From: Lytechinus pictus
Lineage: Eukaryota
Length of the DNA stretch: 64,000 nt
NCBI RefSeq assembly: GCF_037042905.1
Contig: NC_087263.1
Coordinates: forward strand, 8,868,001 to 8,932,000
Direction: 5' to 3'
Positions within the stretch are counted from its first letter, which is position 1. Each line of letters begins with the position of its first letter. A model generated the notes under the pieces. That model saw only the letters and a list, made by a program, of their open reading frames with translations. It searched no databases and had not been told where the DNA came from. This document shows positions 1 through 13,012 of the stretch, in pieces. The translations under genes and the position numbers were made by a program.

Positions 1-1462
1 GCGATAATCGTTTCTTTAAAGTGATATTAAAGTAAAGTAAAGCCAACGCCACGCACGAGAAAGGTTGTTGTTAAAGATCAAAGGCTTTTATTGCATTATT
101 ATTACTTTCCGTAAAGTGCTTATGAAAAGTTCAAAGCAAGAAGATGGAAAGAGGCTCGTTGGAGTGATTTCATTTCCCGTAAGTAACAAATAATCACCAA
201 ACTATAAGTATGCTTATTTGAAGAGTATTGGGAATCCATTTCCTCTTAGCATCTAATCGCATTCATATATCTTCTGGTTAGCATCGCTCTACTACTTTGT
301 CTCGTAATGCATAAAGTGCGATGAAATGTTATCAGCGTTCCTGGGTGTCGCAACTTTGATATGTACCTGTATATCAAATGAAACTTCAAATGTAATTGTT
401 CTATTTTACTGCATGCATGGACAGAGTTAATGTTGGTATATGTAGATATTCCCTTTAAGTGAATTTCAACCAGCGAACATGAGGCGTATATCTGCCAAAA
501 TTAAGGGCCACGGAGGCCTCGAAGGTGTTAGTTAAGGACCAAATATGTATTAGATATTGTATTGTTGCTCCTGAGTTTTGCTAGCTTTTAGACGTCTTGC
601 TGATTTTACTAAGGAGTCTGCTTTTCGTCAATAAAATGGACGTTTGGTACGTTTTCTTTGCAGTCATGTTAACGACTTTCCTGACCCCCCCCCCCTACCA
701 TGCAATCACCCCCTAATATTCCAACTATCTTGTACGTTTGGAAATACAGAGATCGATAAGAAAGGATCCTTTAAAGCAATCTTCCGACAATGATTTATAT
801 TAGAGAAAAAAATAATCACATTAATTTTCTAGTTTCACTTTTATTACCTCCTAACACCGCCCCACCCTCATCCGCCCCTGTTCCTCAATCTCTATCTCGC
901 TTAATATCAATGACAATCTGACTATACCGCAGTCCATCAGTACTTTGATATAAATTCTCCTGGCGGGCCGTCCCGCGGTTTTATCTGATGTACTTCTCAA
1001 TATACTCTTCTCCCAGACGGGCTGGCATCCTAATATATACACCCACCAATTTCCTGTTGCCATGGAAACAGTGCGGATGATGCTCAAGAAATTGAAGATG
1101 TTTAATGAGAAACGGTGTTTTTATGTGCATATTGGGCAAACAAGAGGCTTTCAGACTCTTTGGGTAGTATGATGATCATGATAAATCTAACCAAAGCAAT
1201 CAACGTCATGAGATTATTAAAATTAAGCTTAATAATAAAGCAAAACCTGTCGTGAACTAGTCGGCTAGCGATGTATTTGCGCGATCGAATCGTCCCGATC
1301 CCGGAACTAAAATCTGTGCAAGTGTTTACCAAAATATACAAGTAATGCGTATAGAAATACCGTATATGCAATGAGAGCGCCATAATGATTGACATTTTCA
1401 GGACTTGCTAATACAGCCCCCTCAGAAAAATAACAAATAAATAAACGTAAAATGTATATGTC

Positions 1463-1493
<31 letters not shown>

Positions 1494-1599
1494 CTCCCTC
1501 TCTTATTCAATCATAATGACAGTTCTCTAGTAATTTGTATTTGCATAATCAGTAAGTATCATTTGTGACCTACCACCCAAAACCGCCAATAAGTCGCCA

Positions 1600-2339
1600 G
1601 GTAAGGTTCTCTGTAAAAAGCCAAAGTAGTAATTTAGTCTCCAATACCAAAAATTGGAAAAATAGTTTATCTGAAATAGCAATGCTCTTCTTCATACTGT
1701 AAAGATTTGAAGTCCTGAAGTTGAATAAAACAAAAGATACAAGAGTATCTTGGACACTACTTTTCGGACTGTATGGAAGTGTCACTGAGATTACACAGTC
1801 TGCACGTCACATGCTTGAGTGAACCCCAAACTTCAAACCTTGTTTTCTCCTTACTTTTTAAAGGTCAAGTGTACCCCAGAAAATTGCTGATTTAAATAGA
1901 TAGAGAAAAATCCAACAAGCATTATGCAAAAAAAATCATCAAAATCGGATGTAAAATAAGAAAGCTATGGTAAGGTTCTCTGTAAAAAGCCAAAGTAGTA
2001 ATTTAGTCTCCGATACCAAAAATTTGAAAAATTGTTTATCTGAAAGAGCAATGCTTCTTCTTCAAACTGTAAAAATTTGAAGACTTGAAGTTAAATAAAA
2101 CAAAAGATACAAGAGTATCTTGGACACTACTTTTCGGACTGTTTGGAAGTTTCACTGAGATTACACAGTCTGCACGTCTCATGCTCGAGTGAACCCCAAA
2201 CTACAAACCTTGTTTTCTCCTTACTTTTTAAAGGTCAAGTGTACCCCAGAAAACTGCTGATTTAAATAGATAGAGAAAAATCAAACAAGCATTATGCAAA
2301 AAATTTCATTAAAATCGGATGTAAAATAAGAAAGCTATG
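1600..2339 (+). repeat. ~369-bp tandem duplication (2 copies)
   Basis: GGTAAGGTTCTCTGTAAAAAGCC starts at 1600 and 1969. Both copies run near-identically through AAAATAAGAAAGCTATG. Confidence 0.92.
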
Positions 2340-3181
2340 ACATTTTAAATTTTCGCTTATTTTTCACAAAACAGTGATATGCACAACTAACTACTAAGTG
2401 ATATGCAAATGAGACAGTCAATGATGTCCTTCATTCACTATTTATTTTGTTTTATTGTTTTTTGAATTATACAATATTTCATTTTTTACAGATTTCACAA
2501 TAAGGACCAATTTGATTGAACCATATAGTATTCAACAATGCTAATTCCACATGTTAAGGGAGGAATTAATAGTTGTTTTACAGGACAACAGGGAGACAAT
2601 TGGAATATTTCACATTTCATATAATAAGATACAAAAGAAACAGTGAGTGAGTGATGTCACCACTATCCTCATTTGCATACTGAAATGGATGTGAATTTAA
2701 CTGTTTTGTGAAATTAAGCAAAACTTCAAACTGTCATAACTTTCTTATTTTTCATCCGATTTTCTGAAATGGATGTGAATTTAACTGTTTTGTGAAATTA
2801 AGCAAAACTTCAAACTGTCATAACTTTCTTATTTTTCATCCGATTTTCTGAAATGGATGTGAATTCAACTGTTTTGTGAAATTAAGCAAAACTTTAAACT
2901 GTCATAACTTTCTTATTTTTCATCCGATTTTCTGAAATGGAAGTGAATTTTATAACTGTTTTTTTAAATTAAGCAAAACTTCAAACTGTCATAACTTTCT
3001 TATTTTTTATCCGATTTTCTGAAATGGATGTGAATTTAACTGTTTTGTGAAATTAAGCAAAACTTCAAACTGTCATAACTTTCTTATTTTTCATCCGATT
3101 TTGAAGACATTTTCAGTGTTCTGCTTGTTAGATTTTTCTATTTTTATTCCAATCAACTTTCTGTTGGGGTAGACTTGTCCT
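2232..3181. mobile_element. Kolobok/T2-type MITE (TTAA TSD, AGG..CCT ends)
   Basis: TTAA|AGGTCAAGTGTACCCCA ... TGGGGTAGACTTGTCCT|TTAA. Long imperfect inverted arms (AAAATCGGATGTAAAATAAGAAAG). A related truncated copy starts near 39425. Confidence 0.8.
2681..3102 (+). repeat. 84-bp minisatellite, 5 copies
   Basis: Unit TGAAATGGATGTGAATTTAACTG...CATCCGATTTTC starts at 2681, 2765, 2849, 2933 and 3020. Confidence 0.95.
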
Positions 3182-5804
3182 TTAAGCTCTTGCTGAATTT
3201 CCTCTCCATTCAATCAAGTACTTGTAATGGTTATTGTTGGTTAATTTTAACATGTCATATATCATTTTAAAGCTTAGGAAATGAGTTTTCAAGCCCAATA
3301 AAAATATAAATATTCATTTGGGCTGACTTATTGTTGGTTTTGGGGTGGCAGGTCACATCTTTCCACGGATAAATAAATCGCACTGAGAAATAAAATAGAC
3401 GTTGTGCTGCTTTAATACAATGGCCTACGGCACTGAAGTAACTTTGAATACAACAAGAATAAAGAACTTTCTATCCAACATTATGTCTTCTGAAAAATGT
3501 GGGTTAATTGAAATATTAGCAGGCAAGATTCCACATCCGCCTTGCTGCTTCTCCTTTGTTCAAGTCGTTAGGGAATTTCAGATTTTTTTTTTGCATTTTC
3601 ACTAGAAGGGAGTGTTAGTCTAAAAATATAAATAGAAATGCCTTCTTGAGTTTCCGCATCATGATGACTTCTCAGAACTCTCCAATATATTATGCCCCTT
3701 CCTCATCTTGTCATGTGCATGGGATAAAGGCACAAAAAATGGATTCGAATGAAAGCTCCAAGGGATTTTCTCTTCGTTTTTTTTTCATGAAAGATTTGTC
3801 ACGAGTTATACCTGAGCCGTGAAGACTAGCCAGAGGCAAATACATATATTTGAATAACTGGAGTGCATTGAAAACAAGATGATTAGAAAATGCATCTTTA
3901 AGGAGGTGTCATTGATTTTAAATACGGGGCTTACAGCGTGGAAATGGGAGGTATTAAATACGATTTAGGGGAATAATCATTGCAATATGATATGACTTCT
4001 ATACCCTTTTCTTCAATTTTCGTTATATCCTTTTTCATTTAAGCCTTGTTCTTCATTTTCACCTCAAACAAAAAAGCCACAAACTGAGATCCTAATGCAG
4101 GATTTCTTAGAATGTTTGTTTAATTCATAAAATCATTGAACTTGCAATGCTACCATATACGTGCAAAATTATATCAAAATAGAAGCATAAAAAACCACGA
4201 AAATCAGGGATACACTCACTCCCGTATCCGATCTTCTTTTTGTACATGTTGGTGCATTCTTACATGTGTGTGTGTGTGGGTGTGTGGGAGAGGTTGTGAG
4301 TGTGTGTGTGTGACTGTATATGTGGGGTAGGGTCTTATCGGTGGCGCTGCAGCGGCTGGACCTATGTCAAATTTCAAATTGAAATTTTAAATTTCCCGAA
4401 TGTCAGGTAACGGGTGTTCAGGTAGGGATAAAAAAGTATAGCTGACAAAATTTAAAAAGCCGGGCCATTATCATTTAGAAAGAAGATAGAAAGGAAGAAT
4501 AAATAGGACTGGATATTTGGATAGTGAGGACGGTCGTACATAAAATGTACAAGGAATGACCGGTGTCAACATTTAGGCAGTTGTCACAAATGTTTACATC
4601 GTAAAGTTGCCCTGAAACCAGAGTCTCGATGTAGCTTCCCTCACGCGTATCCTACCTTCAGGTCAAAGCTGCCTGTCGTTAAATTTCTTCGATTATAAAT
4701 CATCAGGTGCATGGGAATCTCCTGTTACGGTTTCATAGTGTCACTGTACTGGGTGACATCTCAATTGAATGGATGTTTGGACAGTTTTCAATATGCATCC
4801 GTATTCTATGAATACGGCTTTCCAGAGGCCTCCCGCATGCTACGCGTGAATCACACCTATTGGATAAAAATAGCAGGGTTTTTTTTCTCATCAATGTATT
4901 ACAGTGTTTTACCGGGTTTTTTTTCATGTAATATTGATTGGATAAATAAGCCACAATTAAACAAAGAAAATTATCATGAATTCAATTTTAATCGGACGCA
5001 AAATAGGCCTAATGAAGTCATGATTAAAAAACCATTATTGTGATGACACAGTGCTGTGCATGTCATTACAAGTATAAAGTGGGTGAGCTGAACATTATCA
5101 TCCTTAAGCATTTTTAATTTCCTTTGACTCTGCCAAAATGCGATTTTTCCTGGCTTTTGAACTCATACATTGTAGTTTTTTTTTTTTTTTTTTTTTGGGG
5201 GGGGGTTCACCCACTGAGCTTTCATACCTCAGTGCACAATACATCAACAACGCACCAGAAAAAGGTTACCTGCAAATAAAAGCTAACTTGATGACGCGGA
5301 ACGATAATAATCGTCATTTTAAAGAAATATTGACGTTTGAATGCTTCCTCCCCTAAATATAAGCCGATGTCACTATTTTCTGAGTTGTTCTATTCCTTTA
5401 ATACCGACTTCATCATCTTTTTGTGGATTTGCCTATTTATCTTCTTGTTTAAAAAAAAAAGAACAACTACAGTGTGTAACCCCTGCCACCTTCCCTGTTC
5501 ATTGCTCACATCGAAAGCAAATTTGATGCTATAACAAGTAGCAGTGAGTATGGGTATCTTAAACATAGATATCATTGTCGGTTGTTTGGTTCTGAGCCGT
5601 AGATGACCTGCCTGTGAGCATTGTAATGTAATAAATGCGTGAAACCATCAAAATGTAATGTAATAATTTATCTCCAGGCTGATGTGACATGTCTGCAGTA
5701 TTTCCTGTCCCTATTGAGTAGGCTTTATTTCATTTTCCTTGGAATTTAAAACCAGGCGTTTTGAAGTCTGGTTATAATATGCCGTTATATGAAACTGCAT
5801 TTGT

Positions 5805-5956
<152 letters not shown>

Positions 5957-6032
5957 CATTTATATTACATTTCGCCTGTTGGATAGAGATGAAACAAAAG
6001 AGACAAAGAGGTAATGCATTGCAGTGAGTTTT

Positions 6033-6079
6033 GTATCCCTGACGAAGACGTGGGTTTGCGTCGAAAATTTGGAGAATAC
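6033..6079 (+). ncRNA. Minimal type-I hammerhead ribozyme (Penelope-like element type)
   Basis: TCC-CTGACGA-A-GACG(TGGGTTTG)CGTC-GAAA-ATTT-GGA: core CUGANGA (6039-6045), stem II GACG/CGTC, GAAA (6063-6066), palindromic AAUU stem III and stem I TCC/GGA. Confidence 0.65.
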
Positions 6080-6170
6080 TTGGAAATAAACTTAGTTGGA
6101 CCTGCAATGCATTACTTCTTACCTCTTTGTCTCACATATATATTTATACATATATATATATATATATGTA

Positions 6171-6733
6171 CAGTTCAGGACAGAAGTTTATATAAACTCA
6201 GGAAATTCAAAGAAAAGTTGACACTTGCCAAACATCATGAACTTTACTGATCTTATAAAATATTTGTCCTATCATGACGAATTTGATATCAAATAAATGA
6301 GTATGTCATGCTTCTTCATCACATTGCTTTGTCATTAGGACTTGAACAATTATTTAGGTGTCATTTTCCCCAAAAATTTCATATTTTAGACAAATTAAAA
6401 ATAAAAACTTGACAAAAATTACACTTTTTGTTCAGTGGTAACATCATGATAGAAAATGTAATATAAATCATAAATTTGACATTTTTATATTTCTATGAAA
6501 CGATGTTTAAAAATATACTAGCAAACAATAAAATACATTTGGCGTAAATAGTACTATTGCTCTTCAAAGAAAATTCCATCCCAATCATGTGAAAGAGCTT
6601 AGTACGCTCTTCCATTTGATACCAAATTCGTCATAGTATATTTCCATTTCTGAAGATATAGTAAATTTTACGATGATTCGCAAGCGAACAAATTTCACTG
6701 AATTTATTGGGTGTATGTAGACTTTTGGCCTCA

Positions 6734-6737
<4 letters not shown>
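6171..6737. mobile_element. Tc1-like MITE inserted in TA microsatellite
   Basis: Left end CAGTTCAGGACAGAAGTTTATATA; right end reverse complement AAGTTGAGGCCAAAAGTCTACATACAC. Resembles Tc1/Sleeping Beauty-type CAGTTGA...AAGTTTACATACAC ends; TA flanks. Confidence 0.75.
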
Positions 6738-6800
<63 letters not shown>

Positions 6801-6845
6801 GTCTATCTGACGGTTAATCGGATCGGGGTCTCCCTAGCCACTAAC

Positions 6846-7010
6846 CCGTCTATGTGGTCTAGTGGTTAAGGCGTTCAAAGCTGGGGGCCCGGGTTCGATT
6901 TCCGGCAGAGACATTTTTTCGGCATCACCAATTTTTCCAAAGGGTAGATAGCTCTGGGGAACCTTGATTTAAGCTACGCCTACCATTGTTCTCTGCATTG
7001 TTCTCTTCTT
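6846..7010 (+). mobile_element. tRNA-derived SINE (degenerate)
   Basis: A-box-like TGGTCTAGTGG and B-box GGTTCGATTTCC. Anticodon arm shortened; followed by a non-tRNA body ending in TA repeats. Confidence 0.65.
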
Positions 7011-7651
7011 ATATATATATATAAGAATGCAAAATAAACATTAATACCTTCACCTAAAGAACAAAACAGATATAGCGTTTAAAAACTCCAACTACTCCCC
7101 CCCCCCCCCTCACCCCCGGAAACACAACATAAAAACATATTCTAGGGAAAAGAAAGTTGACGAATTGTTTGAGCATATTTAAATAATTACAATTCGTATC
7201 TGACAGAAGTATGAAATAAATAGAAATATGACTTGGGAAAGTCACATTCGAAAAAATCTGCGCACGCTTTCTTTAATAGCTAACTAGATCTCGCTATCGA
7301 CGAATTGATTTAAGCGGTTGAGCGACCCAGCACATGAAGTGACAATGGGCTAACATCCGTGTCGATATCCCACCAAGAACCGACCACGATCACACCTACC
7401 GGAAATGTGTGATAGATTATGGATGATTTGTCTGGCATTGTGGAATACTTGAATGTTCGCATTCTCAACATCAACAGCCTTTTGACAAGGCCCCGTGACT
7501 TTGGTTATGCTTATTTGTCTCGCCGGGAAAGGGGAAGGACGAGACAAGCCGGCAATACCGTCAGATTGAGCGTTGCGGCGTGTGTCTGTAATCCAAGCAA
7601 CATTATGATAGAGGTTACAAATTGGCGCAGAGCTTTGAGGATGGAGTCCTG

Positions 7652-8406
7652 GGGAGCGTTTCATCAATATTTTCATCCGACAAGTTGTCAGATCTGACAT
7701 CTTTCCTTGATTCTGATTGGCTGAGAGGCACTGTTACCATAGTAGCTGTCGGCAGAGGCGTCGATCCTGGGGGGGGGGGCAGGGGGGGCGATCGCCCCAC
7801 CAATGAAAATATTGGGGGGGCAAACATATAATATTGCCCCCCCCCCCAATAATTCCGGATATTCATAAAAAAAAAACAAGATTGTAATGTTCAGCAAGCG
7901 AGATTGAGATACACAACTCGTTCTTTATTTAAAATCGTGCTCAAAATGTCCGCTTTTCAGATTGGAATATAAAAATGTTCAGCTCGCGCTTCGCGCTCGC
8001 ATCATTTCTGTAGCAAAAACCCATACTTTTCATGATTAAATTGGTGAATGTAAATGTCCCATTTTCAGTTCTAAGCCTCAAAAGAACTGCTTCAATTTGC
8101 AATCATCTTTTCTTGGATATATAGCTTGTTCTTTATCAAAAACGTCCAGTAAAATGTCAATTTTTCAGATCGAAATATCAAAATTTTCAGCTCGCGCTTC
8201 GCGCTCGCATCTATTCTCTTTTAGATACAAATCTTAATCATTGGTACCAAAAATGCTTAGAATATGAAGTTTTCAGCTCAGAATATAAATAAATTTGAGC
8301 TCACTCTCGGCACTCGTACTATCTGTGTAGTGAGATACGTGTCTGTGTCTCATGAGTCATACATATATATAGATATATACATATATATATATGTATATAT
8401 ATACAC

Positions 8407-8460
<54 letters not shown>

Positions 8461-8480
8461 ATATAATATATATATATGTA

Positions 8481-8511
<31 letters not shown>

Positions 8512-8656
8512 TGTACGATCGAGCGCCTTTGGAACGTTAATGATTTCGCCCCCCCCCCCCCCCCCAATCTGACAAATGGATCGACGCCCCTGGCTGTCGG
8601 ATAAAAATGTACTTGTCGGATAGAACGTCCGACAAGTCCTTTCATGAAACGCTCCC
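7652..8656. mobile_element. PIF/Harbinger-type MITE (3-bp CTG TSD) interrupted by a hAT-type MITE
   Basis: CTG|GGGAGCGTTTCAT ... ATGAAACGCTCCC|CTG. Confidence 0.8.
7753..8592. mobile_element. hAT-type MITE, 8-bp TSD
   Basis: GCTGTCGG is duplicated at 7745-7752 and 8593-8600. TIR CAGAGGCGTCGATCC / GGATCGACGCCCCTG. Contains GCTCGCGCTTCGCGCTCGC motifs and TA/TG microsatellites. Confidence 0.9.
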
Positions 8657-8797
8657 CTGGACGCATTTCGGATGGTGACGTTAAAGATCGGTCCCAGACG
8701 TAAATAATCATATCTGATTGTTGTACATCTGTACTCAATCGGACGCGCACACGTACCCTCACACCTCCACACAAGCACCCTATGAATGCGCTCTATA

Positions 8798-9871
8798 CAG
8801 TGCGTTTCTGAAAAAAAGGTAATCCAAATCTAAAGGGCTGATATTCGGATCATATTTAATTTTGTGACATTATTGTGTATGGATATTAAAGAGAAACTAA
8901 TTAGCCTTTCATTGATACCCTATTTGTGCCATTTGCATTATGCATGGCCGAATGAATTGATGTTGAAGACAAAAGGTGCAGAGACCACTTTTTCCAAGTT
9001 TTTGAAAACTTGATGAAAAGACAGAGGCTGATGTAAATACTTTTATCGATGCCTGAGCTGACAAAAATATTTTGATTGGACCTTTTTTCTTCCAAAGGAG
9101 TGTAAAATAAGTGAATGTACTTGCACACCATTAACGAGGATATCATACCACAGTCGGAACAACATTTTGAGAGACAGTTGTGAGGAGTGTACAGGCATCT
9201 TTGGTGGATTCAGGGCGGCGCTCCTGTCCATACTTCCAACATCTTTCTTGATAGACTGAGAGAACTCTTTGGACATATAGTTGTTGCCCTCAACCATGGC
9301 ATTGTGCGGCCACCAAGATCACCTCACAGCCTGTGATTATTTCCTTTTGAGACACTTAAAATAAGGTGTTTGCAACTCCTCGCCAAGATCTTGATGACTT
9401 GCAGGGCCGAATTCGATATTAGGTGGATGCTTTGCACAATGATCCGACATTGCCATTGGTGAGACGAGCTGTCCAAGACATCCTTCCACGCTCCCGGTTT
9501 GGTTTTCAAAGGAGAGGATGACATTTTTGAAGGTGCGGGTGAATAAGACCAGGTCCATGATAAGACATTAACCTTTCACTCATCATTTCAGAGAAATTCC
9601 TCAAGTAACACAAAGATTACTTTGGAAAAAATATTATTATATCAAGTGCACATTTTACCCGCTTTACCAAAACTTGGAAAAAGTGGCCTCTGCAACTGTT
9701 GTTTTCAACATCAATTGATTTGGTTATGCATGGCACAAATGGTACAAATATGATATGAATGGAAAGCTGATGAGTTTCTCATTTATATCCATGCAGAATA
9801 ATTTCACAAAATTAAACATGATCAGAATTTCAGCCCTCGAGATTGGATTACCTTTTTTCTGAAACGCACTG
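8798..9871. mobile_element. Tc1/mariner-type non-autonomous element, possible decayed transposase remnant on minus strand
   Basis: TA|CAGTGCGTTTCTGAAAAAAAGGTAATCCAA ... TTGGATTACCTTTTTTCTGAAACGCACTG|TA, with further inner inverted similarity. Interior has only short broken ORFs. Confidence 0.85.
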
Positions 9872-9952
9872 TATAGATGTGTTAGATATACATGTACTGC
9901 ATATCTAATGCGCCCAGTTCATCGATATCAATGAGCTGGATGGAGCAAGTAA

Positions 9953-10228
9953 GGGACGCACCATTAGATACCCAAGGGGATTGGGGGGCTAGAAGTTTGG
10001 GTTGATGCAATTTTTTGTTTCCTTCCCCCTTTGAGCAATCTTTTTTCCTTTCTCCATTGAGACAATTTTATTTTTTTACACCTTTCAGATGATTTGTTAG
10101 TGGACCAAGTTTTTTTTTTTACTCCGATGGTGAGTAAAGGTGTTTTTTTTTGCTAATAGAACAAGTAAGGTTTTTTGGGGGAAAAACTTCCAGCCCCCCC
10201 CCCCCCTGGATATCTAATGGTGCGTCCC
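9953..10228. mobile_element. PIF/Harbinger-type MITE, TAA TSD
   Basis: TAA|GGGACGCACCATTAGATA ... TATCTAATGGTGCGTCCC|TAA. Confidence 0.88.
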
Positions 10229-10290
10229 TAAGCACGCACGCAAAACCTTTGTGGCCAAAAAATGTACTCCATGACACAGTTATGAAGTCA

Positions 10291-10662
10291 TACCAACGCG
10301 TTAAATACTTCACATACGCGCACACACGCGTGCAATAGAAAGAGTGTGGTACTTGCGCGCTTGAACTTCTCGAGTAGGCCTACTTTTATTGTTTTCGATG
10401 ATCTCGAAAGAGCGCGTTGTAGCCCCATCCCATCAGTATACATAAGCTGCATGGACATTGGACGCATGCACGCACGCAAATCCGCGACGCACTCCCGCAC
10501 GCCCGACGTTTGAGGCCGAGGATTGGGGGCCTTACCAACGCGTAAAGTACTTCATGTACGCACGCGCAATAGAAAATGAGTGGAACTTTGTGCGCGCTTT
10601 ACTCGTTGAAGTACTTTTATTGTTTCTGGTGGTCTCAAAGTAGCGTGTGGAAGCTTTATCCA
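10291..10662 (+). repeat. Diverged ~135-bp direct repeat (2 copies, ~242 bp apart)
   Basis: TACCAACGCGT..TACTTCA..GCAATAGAAA..TACTTTTATTGTTT at 10291 and 10533. Confidence 0.75.
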
Positions 10663-12564
10663 CATATATATATCGATAACCCAGTCTTGATTTGGTCGAT
10701 TTGACTCTTCTTACCAGTCGTTCGGTGTATCATGTGTCTACACGCCATATCACACACGGGCCTTGTCTAAAGGTGTTCAACATGAAAGGCTCAGATTCAA
10801 TAGGCGTACTGTGGACACAACTAGCTCACGACGGGTAACCCCAAGCGAATAAACTGAATAAAGTCATCAGTTTTGACGTGTGACTGTTTGTTTTTTATAG
10901 CACCTCCTGTCAAACGTGACTGTTGCTTTATAGTCTTTAAACGCCAGAGAGATGATAGTACAAACAACCTGAGGAGAAATGAATTTAAGCCATGTGGAAG
11001 AACACCCTATGTATTATTTACACTTGTCTGGCAAAGGACCTTCAAGGATGTAGTCAAAACCTCAGTCTGTTGTAAAAAAAAAACCTGGCTCACTTTGATA
11101 AGGGGTTTTGACTTTTTAAATCCCAATGCATTTCAAAATGTCGTACAGTAGATAGTTTTCTACATGACTCTATTTCTTTCTCAACGCATTGGCGACCTGC
11201 AGCAGTTTCATCAAGCGTTACTTAAACGTTATTCAGACTACTATTTGCTTCTTTATAATTTTGTCCACATTTCCATGCGAGAAATGTGTTTTGTTGCTGC
11301 AAAGTATTCACGCATGTCTTCTTCTTCTTTTTTTTCCTTTTTTTGTGCTTCATGGTCATATTGACCATTTCTTTGTACAGGACTTTTTCAAATCAGCTCT
11401 CCGTAACTGAGCGATGTAGGTCCTTGACATTGACTCTATTCAAACGATTATTCAGAACAGTGCTATCGATTTTGCTCGAGGGTAAGAGATTGGGTTCCGA
11501 ATCATGCATGTAATGACCGAAGTAGTGTAAAATTCGGAATTCGATTTCGATCGAGCTAAAATTCATCACCTGCCTGCGAACATAAGACAGCATGCATATG
11601 ATTCTTGGATTTCAAAGGCATGGGACTTTTTGACCTTGAGGTAGGGCTTCCCATGCCCTAGCGAACTAGTGATATGACAGGGCATATTCATAGCTGCAAT
11701 GCATTATAAAAGGATTCACCGCATCGGTCAAAGCATGCTATAAAGAGGATGTGTGTGTATATATAAATATATATATATATGTGAGGGTGGGTGGATGTGT
11801 GTGTGTGTGAGAGAGAGGGTATGTGGGTGTGTGTGAGAGTGTGTGTGTGTGTATATGGGATGTGGGGAGAAGGGAAACAAGGTTGACAAGGATACAAGGA
11901 TAACACTTTCATGCTGTTTTCAACAAAATGTATTAATGTCTACAATTGTTTCTTTTATAATGCAACACGTGGGCTATCTAAAGAATATATAACTAGACAA
12001 AGTTGATATAGTTCCGCTTGGAGCCAGTCAAATTGAATAAACTCAAGATTAATAAATTGAATTGCATATTAGTCATCTTATTCTCAGTCAGAAAAGTAAG
12101 CTCCAAAGAGTTGCGGAAGTTTTTTGCGCTATCAATTCACAATGTTATTTGTGCGTATGAATTAAATAACCATGTCTCTTTCATACTTTGAGTGAGCCAG
12201 TTGCATGGAATGCAAAAATAACGAAGAAAGATAAAATCTTAATCGGTTCATTAGGAGCTTCATGAAGCGTAATCAGTGAAATTGAAAGTTCAATTCTACG
12301 TGATTGGCAATAGTATATTGAATATAAAAATTCAATATCATACCTTACAAAACTGACAAAAAGAAGAAGGTTTTAACTTATTTACGTTCACGCGGGATGC
12401 AGCTTCAAACAATCAAATTCAATATTAATTAACCTTTTCTGGGATATTCTAACGTTTATTAAAGTATCAATCAAAGATAAATTCCCTCCTACCTAATCCC
12501 CCGTATGCTATCTAGTTTCTAAATATTAAACTTCAATTTTCTTGTAGGTTTCTTTAAGCCCTTG

Positions 12565-13012
12565 ATTCGCGGTGTCACCTCTTTGTGACTGTGCCTTCCG
12601 GTAAGGGGAAATTTGCATCTTGATTGGTCACGTGACCTTTATAGACTTTAGTTGGATTGTGGGGAATTACCTCTACAAATAAAATTAATAATGCCAGCAT
12701 TCAGAAAAAAACTAAAATGGCGGTACTTTAATGAATACTTATTATCATTTGCTTTAGTGCCTTTCTTCTTCTTTATCTTCTACGTCTTCTTCTTCTCCTC
12801 CACCTCCTTTTGATTTTCTTACAGGATTCTTTAATCTTTTGATGTGGATTCGCGGTGTCACCTCTATGTGGATTGTGCCTTCCCGTAAGGCAAAAATATA
12901 TGCATCTTGATTGGTCACGTGACTTTAACAGATTTGAGGTGGATTGTGGGGGAATTATCTCCAGAAATTAAATGAATAATTTCAGCATTCAGATAATAGA
13001 AATTGGCGGTAC
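12565..13012 (+). repeat. Diverged ~165-bp direct duplication rich in transcription-factor-like motifs
   Basis: GATTCGCGGTGTCACCTCT...GCATCTTGATTGGTCACGTGAC...TGGCGGTAC at ~12565 and ~12848. Confidence 0.85.

Larger units (their letters stand above)
1564..3357. mobile_element. TIR element (outer) carrying a nested TTAA MITE and an internal duplication
   Basis: TGTGACCTACCACCCAAAACCGCCAATAAGTC at 1564 matches the reverse complement of GACTTATTGTTGGTTTTGGGGTGGCAGGTCACA ending at 3357. Confidence 0.75.
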
